Part shown: in pieces, positions 18,071-25,729 of the stretch | Position numbering within the stretch: the first letter of the stretch is position 1 | Layout: every line of letters starts with the position of its first letter | NCBI GenBank assembly: GCA_963555985.3 | Contig: OY820591.1 | Span: 608,001 to 672,000, forward strand | Direction of reading: 5' to 3' | Length of the DNA: 64,000 nt | Source of the DNA: Dehalococcoidia bacterium | GTDB lineage: Bacteria; Chloroflexota; Dehalococcoidia; Bin125 | Notes under the pieces: model-generated | The model's input: the letters and a program-made list of their open reading frames with translations, nothing else | What the model was told of the DNA's origin: nothing | Database searches by the model: none | Position numbers and translations under genes: made by a program

Positions 18071-19750
18071 ATGCGGCTGACCGGCGCTCAAATCCTCATG
18101 GAATGCCTCCGCGCCGAAGGCGTCGACGTCTTCTTCGGCTATCCCGGCGGCGTTGTCCTCCCCCTCTACAACACTCTCCGCGAGTACCCCGACATCAAGC
18201 ACGTCCTCGTCCGCCACGAGCAGGCCGCCGCCCACGCCGCCGACGGCTACGCCCGCGTCGCCGGACGCACCGGCGTCTGCCTCGCCACCTCCGGCCCGGG
18301 CGCGACCAACCTCGTCACCGGCATCACCACCGCCTACATGGACTCTGTCCCGATGGTCGTCCTCACCGGCAACGTCGCCCGCGACCTGATCGGGCGCGAC
18401 GGCTTCCAGGAAGCCGACATCACCGGCATCACCCTGCCCATCACCAAGCACAACTACCTGCTCATGCGCGCCTCCGAGATCGCCCCCGCGGTCAAGGAGG
18501 CCTTCCACATCGCCTCCACCGGACGCAAAGGCCCCGTCCTGGTCGACATCCCCAAGGACGTCTTCATCGAGGAGGCCGAGTGGGACGGCTACCCACAGGG
18601 CGTCTCCCTGCGCGGATACCCGATCATGGACATCCCCCGCGAGGAGGAAGTCGCCCACGCCGCCCAGACCATCAACGCTGCTCGCAAGCCGATTATCATC
18701 GCCGGCCACGGCGTCGTCCAGTCCGGCGCGCACGAGGAACTCGTGCGTCTCGCCGAACAGGCCGATATCCCCGTCCTCACCACCCTGCTCGGCATCTCCG
18801 GGATGCCCGAAGACCACTCCCTCTCCTACGGCTTCCTCGGCATGCACGGACACTTCTACGCCAACATGGCCGCCGACCGCGCCGATGTCGTGATCGGCAT
18901 TGGCATGCGCTTCGACGACCGCGCGATGGGACGCTTCAGCGACTTCAACCCCACCGCCAAGATCGTCCACATCGACATCGACCCCGCCGAGATCGGCAAG
19001 AACTTCATCACCCACGCTCCGGTCAACGGCGATGTCAAGGAGACCCTCGTTCGCCTGCTCCCTCAGATCGAGCACAACGAGCACACCGCCTGGCTGGGCG
19101 AGATCGACCAGATCATGAACCAGCATCCCACCGACTACATCGAAGAAGGCACCGGACTGAGCGGCCCCTGGCTGGTGCAGGCGCTCGCCGAAGTCACCCA
19201 AGGACAGTCCACGATCGTCACCGGCGTGGGACAGCACCAGATGTGGGGCGCACAGTACTACCCCTATAACCGCGCCCGTCAGTGGGTCACCTCCGGCGGC
19301 CTCGGCACGATGGGCTACGAAGTCCCCGCCGCCATGGGCGCCCAGTTCGCCCAGTCCGACCCCATTTGGTCAATCTGCGGCGACGGCGGCTTCCAGATGA
19401 CCTCCCAGGAGCTGCAAACCATCGCCGAGCACAACCTGCCCGTTCGCTTCGCCATCTTCAACAACGGCTTCCTCGGCATGGTCCGCCAGTGGCAGGAGCT
19501 CTTCTACGATCACAACTACCACTCGGTCGACCTCGGACAACCCGACTTCGTCAAGCTGGCCGAGGCCTACGGTGTGCTTGGACTCCGCGCCCAGACCCGC
19601 GCCGAGGCGATCCAGGTCATGCGCCGGATCGAGGGCTACGACGGCCCCGTCGTGATCGACTTCCAGCTCGAACGCGAAGAAAATGTCTGGCCGATGGTGC
19701 CGGCCGGGGCTGCGCTCAACGAAACGATCGAATCCGCCGCCGACCTCTAA
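18071..19750 (+). CDS. ilvB: Acetolactate synthase large subunit, biosynthetic
   Basis: FGYPGG, RHEQ, TSGPGATN, GMHG, GDGGFQM..NN. Confidence 0.96.
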   Translation: MRLTGAQILMECLRAEGVDVFFGYPGGVVLPLYNTLREYPDIKHVLVRHEQAAAHAADGYARVAGRTGVCLATSGPGATNLVTGITTAYMDSVPMVVLTGNVARDLIGRDGFQEADITGITLPITKHNYLLMRASEIAPAVKEAFHIASTGRKGPVLVDIPKDVFIEEAEWDGYPQGVSLRGYPIMDIPREEEVAHAAQTINAARKPIIIAGHGVVQSGAHEELVRLAEQADIPVLTTLLGISGMPEDHSLSYGFLGMHGHFYANMAADRADVVIGIGMRFDDRAMGRFSDFNPTAKIVHIDIDPAEIGKNFITHAPVNGDVKETLVRLLPQIEHNEHTAWLGEIDQIMNQHPTDYIEEGTGLSGPWLVQALAEVTQGQSTIVTGVGQHQMWGAQYYPYNRARQWVTSGGLGTMGYEVPAAMGAQFAQSDPIWSICGDGGFQMTSQELQTIAEHNLPVRFAIFNNGFLGMVRQWQELFYDHNYHSVDLGQPDFVKLAEAYGVLGLRAQTRAEAIQVMRRIEGYDGPVVIDFQLEREENVWPMVPAGAALNETIESAADL

Positions 19751-19786
19751 CCCCGCGCCCACCGAGCAAGGAAGAAACCGCCCAGC

Positions 19787-20374
19787 ATGGCTTCCCGCAA
19801 CACCATCGTCGCCCACGTCGAAGACCGCCCCGGCGTGCTCGCGCGCGTCGCCTCGCTCTTCCGCCGGCGCGGATTCAACATCGAGTCCCTCACCGTCGGA
19901 CATTGCGAAGAGCCCGGCCTCAGCCGCATGACGATCGTCGTCGACGGCGACGACCGCATGGTCGACCAGCTCTGCCGCCAGCTCTTCAAGCTGATCGATG
20001 TGATCTCCGTACACGACATCACCTACACCCCGATGGTCGACCGCGAACTGGCCATGATCAAAGTCGCCGCGAGCAACTTCAATCGCCGCGAAGTGCTCGA
20101 TGTGGTCGAAATGTTCCGCGCCGACGTGGTCGACGTCCACAACGACTCGCTGATCGTCCAAGTGCTCGGCGATGAGGGCAAAGTCAACGCCGCTGTGCAG
20201 ATGTTCGAGCCGTTCGGCATCCTCGAAATGGTCCGCACCGGCCGCGTCGCCATGCGGCGCGGCTCCGAGGCCTCGAAACCCCCGGCCATCTCCGACTCGC
20301 AGCAGGCCGCCGCCGCTGTCCGAGCCATGCTCGGACGCCGCCCAGAAGGCGCGCTCCCCTTCGCCAGCGACTAA
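19787..20374 (+). CDS. ilvN: Acetolactate synthase small subunit
   Basis: ACT domain PGVLARVASLFRRRGFNIESLTVG. Confidence 0.95.
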   Translation: MASRNTIVAHVEDRPGVLARVASLFRRRGFNIESLTVGHCEEPGLSRMTIVVDGDDRMVDQLCRQLFKLIDVISVHDITYTPMVDRELAMIKVAASNFNRREVLDVVEMFRADVVDVHNDSLIVQVLGDEGKVNAAVQMFEPFGILEMVRTGRVAMRRGSEASKPPAISDSQQAAAAVRAMLGRRPEGALPFASD

Positions 20375-20425
20375 TTCACTGCGCACATACACTCAGCCCC
20401 AGCCGCCACCGCTACAGGAGTTCCC

Positions 20426-21430
20426 ATGCCCGCCAAGATGTACTACGACGCCGACGCCGATCTCGAACTGCTCAACGGCAAGAAGATCGCCGTGATCGGC
20501 TTCGGCTCTCAGGGCCACGCCCACGCTCTCAACCTGCGCGATTCCGGCTGCGACGTGATCGTCGGCCTCTACCCCGGCTCGCGCTCCTGGACCAAAGTCC
20601 AGGACGCCGGCTTGCCGGTCGACACCGTTGCGGACGCCGCCGCTGCCGCCGACATCGTGATGGTGCTCACCCCCGATCACGTCCAGAAGCAGATCTACGA
20701 CCAGCACATCGCCCCGACCATGACCGAGGGCAAGACCCTCATGTTCGCGCACGGTTTCGCCATCCACTTCAACCAGGTCATGCCCCCGCCCGAAGTCGAT
20801 GTGACCATGATCGCGCCCAAGGGCCCCGGCCACCTCGTCCGCCGCGTCTTCGAAGAGGGCGGCGGCGTGCCCTCCCTCCTCGCCATCCACCAGGACGCCT
20901 CTGAAACCGCCAGGGAAGTCGCCCTCGCCTACGCCAAGGGCATCGGCGGTACCCGCGCCGGCGTGCTCGAAACCACCTTCCTCGAGGAAACCGAGACCGA
21001 CCTCTTCGGCGAGCAGTCCGTCCTCTGCGGCGGCATCACCGCGCTCATGCAGGCTGGCTTCGAGACCCTCGTCGAAGCCGGCTATCAGCCCGAATCCGCC
21101 TACTTCGAGACCATCCACGAGGTCAAGCTAATCGTCGACCTGATCTACGAAGGCGGTTTCGCCAACATGCGCTACTCCGTCTCCGACACCGCCGAATACG
21201 GCGACCTCACTCGCGGTACCCGCATCATCGACGACTCGGTCAAGCAGCGAATGCAGCAGATCCTCTCCGACATCCAGGACGGCACCTTCGCGCGCGAGTG
21301 GATCATGGAGAACCAGACCGGCCGCCCCGGCTTCGACAAGCTCCGAGCCCGAGCCGCCCGCCACCCCTCAGAAGAGGTCGGCGCCGAACTGCGAGGCATG
21401 ATGTCCTGGCTCAACGAAGAAGCCAGCTAG
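20426..21430 (+). CDS. ilvC: Ketol-acid reductoisomerase
   Basis: [34 protein letters not shown]. Confidence 0.97.
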   Translation: MPAKMYYDADADLELLNGKKIAVIGFGSQGHAHALNLRDSGCDVIVGLYPGSRSWTKVQDAGLPVDTVADAAAAADIVMVLTPDHVQKQIYDQHIAPTMTEGKTLMFAHGFAIHFNQVMPPPEVDVTMIAPKGPGHLVRRVFEEGGGVPSLLAIHQDASETAREVALAYAKGIGGTRAGVLETTFLEETETDLFGEQSVLCGGITALMQAGFETLVEAGYQPESAYFETIHEVKLIVDLIYEGGFANMRYSVSDTAEYGDLTRGTRIIDDSVKQRMQQILSDIQDGTFAREWIMENQTGRPGFDKLRARAARHPSEEVGAELRGMMSWLNEEAS

Positions 21431-21435
21431 CCTCA

Positions 21436-21605
21436 ATTCCTGCGTTCGGAGACCTGTGCATAAATCAAAGATCGTCATACCCGCGCTTGCCGCGGGTATC
21501 TCGCTGTGATCTACACCGTCGTCGCCAGCACATCGAGATTGCCGCGGCGGAGCGCGGCAATGACGGAGAACATCGACTGATGCACAGGTCTCCGAACGCG
21601 GGAAT
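21436..21605. repeat. Nested inverted-repeat element (MITE/REP composite)
   Basis: 26-bp IR (21436-21461 / 21580-21605, 1 mismatch) enclosing an inverted REP doublet. Confidence 0.8.
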
Positions 21606-21716
21606 CTCACTCCCACCCGCAAGACCGTGGTGAGGGAACGAGATTCTTGGACATGCTGAGAATGAAGAAATTGGGGATTGTGCAAAGGGCTCCCTGCGAC
21701 TGCGCCGAGACTGCAC

Positions 21717-22208
21717 TCACTCATCCAGCGCCGACTCATACGGCAGCGTCTCGCCCAGTCCCAACTCCCGCCAGCCGAACAATTCGTCCGTCAATTCCGC
21801 CAATTGCGACGCCGTTTGCCCGTCCGTCGCCCGCAAGATCTGCTCCACTGCCGCGATCTCCGCGCCGTTGAAGTCAAACAGATTGGCGCTATCCAAGGCC
21901 AGCGGACGCTGCTGCGGGTAGCCGCCAACCGTCTGTTCGACCACCGTCAGCCGCCCTGTCGTTTCCAGCTCTTCCAGCCGCTCCTCGAGCCCGACCGCCC
22001 AGGGGCCGTACTCCCCGCTGACGTACTGCACCCCCGTGATCGATCCGCGCCAGCGGCGAAAGAAGAGCATGTCGCTCATGCAGAGCAGCACATTCAGCTT
22101 GGCCTGACTGAAGGAGCGGTTCGTGATCTGCCGCTCGCAGATGTAGAGCAGCAACTCGTCGAACTTGCGCTCATCGACCTCGGGCACGAACGCAGATGTA
22201 GTAGTCAT
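21717..22208 (-). CDS. Panacea/SocA (DUF4065) antitoxin-domain protein
   Basis: KFDELLLYI..AKLNVLL..D..SITG..Y..YGP..W..LGETLPY. Confidence 0.75.
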   Translation of the reverse strand: MTTTSAFVPEVDERKFDELLLYICERQITNRSFSQAKLNVLLCMSDMLFFRRWRGSITGVQYVSGEYGPWAVGLEERLEELETTGRLTVVEQTVGGYPQQRPLALDSANLFDFNGAEIAAVEQILRATDGQTASQLAELTDELFGWRELGLGETLPYESALDE

Positions 22209-22279
22209 CCCGCTACGCTCCTGTTCTCGCTGCCGAAACCATCACTCGCCGGATCGTTGACACTCGCTTGGGCGAAGGC

Positions 22280-22651
22280 TCATGCACTCCCGCCGCTGGA
22301 CGCCTGCTTGACGCGGTGCGGCACCCCCCGCGCCTCGAACAGATCCATCCATTCGCGTTGGGTGCGAACGCGGAACGCCGAGGTGAGCACGCCCGAGAGC
22401 GCCTCTGCGTGTTGCAGACGCGCCGCTGCCGTCGCAAAGCGAGGGTCGTCGGAGATCTGCAGCTGGTACTGAGGCAGATACGCCTCCCCGTCCGCCGGAT
22501 GGCGCTCGTGGTGATCCCACTGGTGATCGGCCAGCGCCGCCTCGCCCAGCGTGTCTCGCAGACGCAGCCATTCGTCGTCCGTCCGCACGGTCAGATGCAC
22601 CCAGCCGTCGGTTGCCCGATAGGCGCGCTGCAAGGCGTCGTACTCGGCCAT
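22280..22651 (-). CDS. Stand-alone small domain of family III CoA-transferase (fragment or mini-gene)
   Basis: YRATDGWV..DDEW..DPRFATAAAR..EWMDLFEARGVP; no catalytic Rossmann part. Confidence 0.6.
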   Translation of the reverse strand: MAEYDALQRAYRATDGWVHLTVRTDDEWLRLRDTLGEAALADHQWDHHERHPADGEAYLPQYQLQISDDPRFATAAARLQHAEALSGVLTSAFRVRTQREWMDLFEARGVPHRVKQASSGGSA

Positions 22652-22738
22652 CTCTGCGCTTCCCTTCGCTCCGCAACTGCTACTCAGCCTAGCGGTTAGC
22701 CTGACCCCGAATTGAGCAACGCTGGAGAGGAGCGCGCC

Positions 22739-23764
22739 ATGCGTGCAGTCGCATCACGAAACGGTCAACTGCGAATGGTCGAGATCGACCCGCCCGAGCC
22801 CGTTGAGGGCGAAGCGCTGGTCAAGGTGCTGGCCTGCGGCATCTGCGGCTCCGACCTGCACTTCGTCAAGTTTGGGGAGGACATTGTCAGAGGCTCGGTG
22901 GAGTCCGGCAACGGCCGTTTCGCGCCCGACCTCAGCCGCGACATCATCATGGGCCACGAGTTTTGCGTCGAAGTCGTCGCCTACGGCCCCAACACCAGCG
23001 GACCAGTCGGGATTGGCGATCGAGTGACGTCGATCCCCAGCCGCGGCGCCTACAGCAACGACTATCCCGGCGGCTACAGCGAGTACATGGTGCTCGACGC
23101 TTCGCTGCTGCTGCCCGTCGCCGACAGCGTGCCGACCGAGCACGCGGCCACGACCGAGCCGATGGCGGTCGGAATGCACGCCGTCCGCGCGGGACAGCTG
23201 AGCGGCGGCGAGCCGACCGTCGTCTACGGCTGCGGCCCGGTCGGACTCGCCACCATCGCCAGCCTGCGCAACGAGGGCGCAGGCCTGATTGTGGCTTCCG
23301 ACTTCTCTCCGCGCCGGCGCGAGCTGGCCGGCATCATGGGCGCAGACGTCGTGGTCGATCCGCGTGAGACGCCGCCGATCGCCGCGCTCGAGCAGCGCGG
23401 CTACAGCGGCGGCGAAGTGGTGATGTTCGACGCCATCGGCGTGCAGGGCACGATCGCGCTGCTGATGCGCGAAGCCCCCGCAAGCGGCGCGCGTCTGGTG
23501 ATCGTGGGCGTCTGTATGCAGGAGGACACGATCGTCCCGATGGCCGGGATCGAGAAGGAGATCCAGCTCAAGTTCGTGCTCGGCTACACCCCGCAGGAGT
23601 ACGCCGAGACGCTCGACGCCATCACCGGCGGCGGCATCCAGCCGGGGCCGATTGTCACCGGTCGGGTCGGCCTGGACGGAGTGGCGGGAGCGTTCGAGAC
23701 GCTGGGAGATCCCGAAGAGCACTGCAAGATCATGGTCACGCCGCACGAGGACAATGCGCTCTGA
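22739..23764 (+). CDS. Zn-binding dehydrogenase (MDR family)
   Basis: CGICGSD, GHEF, GCGPVG. Confidence 0.9.
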   Translation: MRAVASRNGQLRMVEIDPPEPVEGEALVKVLACGICGSDLHFVKFGEDIVRGSVESGNGRFAPDLSRDIIMGHEFCVEVVAYGPNTSGPVGIGDRVTSIPSRGAYSNDYPGGYSEYMVLDASLLLPVADSVPTEHAATTEPMAVGMHAVRAGQLSGGEPTVVYGCGPVGLATIASLRNEGAGLIVASDFSPRRRELAGIMGADVVVDPRETPPIAALEQRGYSGGEVVMFDAIGVQGTIALLMREAPASGARLVIVGVCMQEDTIVPMAGIEKEIQLKFVLGYTPQEYAETLDAITGGGIQPGPIVTGRVGLDGVAGAFETLGDPEEHCKIMVTPHEDNAL

Positions 23765-23781
23765 GCAGGCTGGCTGCCGGA

Positions 23782-24201
23782 TCAGTCTGCTGCAACGGTG
23801 ACCGGAGTTTCGCTGGATTCCCCGATCTGCGTCACCTCTTGGATGACGCAGGCCATGCGCGTGATCGCTTCTTCCAACTCGGAGAGCTGGAGGCCGTCAA
23901 TGACCAGATCGAGTCCGTTAAGCCGGACTTGACCCGCCTCAGTGATCTCAACAACCCGCGCGTAGGTGGTTGGTTTGAGCTCGTCGCCCTCGAGCATCTG
24001 CCGCAGCGCTGTGGCCCAACCGCCGTCGTGCACGACGTAGCCGCTCTCTTCGGGACAGACGTAGACGTTGATCAACTCGCCTTCTGGTGTCGGTAATTCG
24101 GTGCCGACGCGAATCCAGCCGTCCTCTTCCAGCAGCTCGCAGTCGCGGTAGTCGCTGGGCAGGCTGGCGCGAAGATAGGACGCCAGTTCAGCTCTCTTCA
24201 T
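23782..24201 (-). CDS. DUF1828-like protein, second copy
   Basis: IRVGTELPTPEGELINVYV..VHDGG; start MKRAEL overlapping upstream stop. Confidence 0.55.
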   Translation of the reverse strand: MKRAELASYLRASLPSDYRDCELLEEDGWIRVGTELPTPEGELINVYVCPEESGYVVHDGGWATALRQMLEGDELKPTTYARVVEITEAGQVRLNGLDLVIDGLQLSELEEAITRMACVIQEVTQIGESSETPVTVAAD

Positions 24202-24659
24202 TCGGTCGCCTCCTCCCGTTGCGGCTCGTGCAACTGACCTAGATGCACGATATGCAATCGCGCGCAGATTTGCCGCCAAGCCAGAAGCGTCTGCTCGAGG
24301 CGGGCGGTGATTTCCGGCGCTGCGTAGGCCTGTGTCTTTTGATAGCGCGCGTCCCAGAGATGCAAATGCGCGCCTACGATTCGTGTCCCGTCTTCATTGG
24401 TGTGCGAGACGGCGCCGAGGTCGAGTCCGGCAATCCGCCGTTCGTCGTAAACTAGGGCGAAAGACAACCGTTGCGTCCTGAGCCGCTCGAAGCCGGCGAC
24501 GAACATGCCCGCTCCTCCTGCGTGTTGCACCGGCGCCCGAAACTTGAATCCGCCCGGCTTGTCCAGCTGCGGAGCCCAGACCACATCCCCAACGATCCGC
24601 TTGGACTCGTCGGCGATGATGGCCTCGAATTCGTTTTGGGTCAGTGGCGTGTTTGGCAT
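24198..24659 (-). CDS. DUF6978-like protein, second copy
   Basis: LTQNEFEAIIADESKRIVGDVVW vs LSDAEFEEILSDRTKQIVGDIRW; HTNEDG..HLHLW. Confidence 0.6.
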   Translation of the reverse strand: MPNTPLTQNEFEAIIADESKRIVGDVVWAPQLDKPGGFKFRAPVQHAGGAGMFVAGFERLRTQRLSFALVYDERRIAGLDLGAVSHTNEDGTRIVGAHLHLWDARYQKTQAYAAPEITARLEQTLLAWRQICARLHIVHLGQLHEPQREEATE

Positions 24660-24664
24660 GAGGG

Positions 24665-24850
24665 ATGCGGGTGTTCAGGGAGAAAAAATCTTCTGAGTCT
24701 CCAGCGGCGCGATCTGCCGTGTTTTACTGGCGATCGTGTGTTTGGGGCGGTTAGGGTTGTTCAGTTCTGTGGAGTTTTGTCCAATCTGGTCCAGTTTTGG
24801 TGAGCCCTGGTTCGGCGCTGGTTGGCTCTTGTTTAGCGTTGTTCAGTCGG
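24665..24850 (-). repeat. A/C-rich (minus strand) spacer with phased CTGAAC/CTGGAC motifs
   Basis: Reverse complement contains CTGAACAAC twice, CTGGACCAGATTGGAC and CTCCCTGAACA as at 34078. Confidence 0.5.
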
Positions 24851-25018
24851 CCTGGACGCCGGGGGAATTCGCCTGCCCGCGCGAAAACAGGCTGGGGGCG
24901 TCGGCTGCGGTGACATTGTAGATTGTACATTCTATGATGGCAATCGGCGAGTGTGGCGCGGCTCACAGTTCGGTTGGATATCCTGCGGACAGCGGCGCTG
25001 TGGGAGAGGGAGCGACTC

Positions 25019-25435
25019 ATGGGTGAGATCGTGGTGGACGTTGAGCTGGAGAACCTCAGCGATCGCAACCTGTTCGAGCGCGGGTACCTGGCCGAAGAGG
25101 AAATCAGGCACGTACGGATACCGGCGGTGGCGGACACCGGCGCGGTCATGTTGGCGCTGCCCGAAGATGTGGTGGAGCGGCTTGGCATCGACGAGGTCGG
25201 AACGATCAACACGACCTTCGCCGACGGTCGACGCGGCGAGTTGCCGATAGCGGGCGGAGTGGGCATCCAGATCGGCGACCGCTCGATGATCGGGCGGTGC
25301 ATCGTGGCGCCGACGGGCTCTGACCCGCTGATCGGCCAAGTGAACATGGAGGAGATGGACCTGATTGCCGATTGCACCAATCAGACCTTGCATCCGAGGC
25401 CGGAGTCGCCGGAGCGGCCGTTGCTGCGGCTGTAG
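25019..25435 (+). CDS. Clan AA aspartic protease-like protein
   Basis: ADTGAVMLALP, ADGR, PLIG motifs; start MGEIV at 25019. Confidence 0.8.
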   Translation: MGEIVVDVELENLSDRNLFERGYLAEEEIRHVRIPAVADTGAVMLALPEDVVERLGIDEVGTINTTFADGRRGELPIAGGVGIQIGDRSMIGRCIVAPTGSDPLIGQVNMEEMDLIADCTNQTLHPRPESPERPLLRL

Positions 25436-25492
25436 GGTGCGGCTACGCCTGAACTGCCGATTCCCCGCCCAGTGGGGATTTACGACATCAAC

Positions 25493-25720
25493 CTCCGTCA
25501 TTGCCGCGCTCCGTCGCGGCAATCTCGACGTCCGGGCGACGGCGCTGTTCACGGCGAGATACCCGCGGCAAGCGCGGGTATGACGGAGCTTTAGTGCGCG
25601 GGTATGACGGAATGTTGGGGACGCTGACTAACACTTCCCGTCCCCGATTCACTCGGGGACCCGCTCGGTTGGAGGCACCGTCAGGAGCAGGTCCCCGAGT
25701 AAATCGGGGACGGGGGATTT
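25493..25720. repeat. REP-like cluster (inverted GTCAT doublet plus TCCCCG doublet)
   Basis: Inverted relative of the 21475-21568 doublet; GTCCCCGATTCACTCGGGGAC / GTCCCCGAGTAAATCGGGGAC pair. Confidence 0.8.
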
Positions 25721-25729
25721 GAGCGCCAG

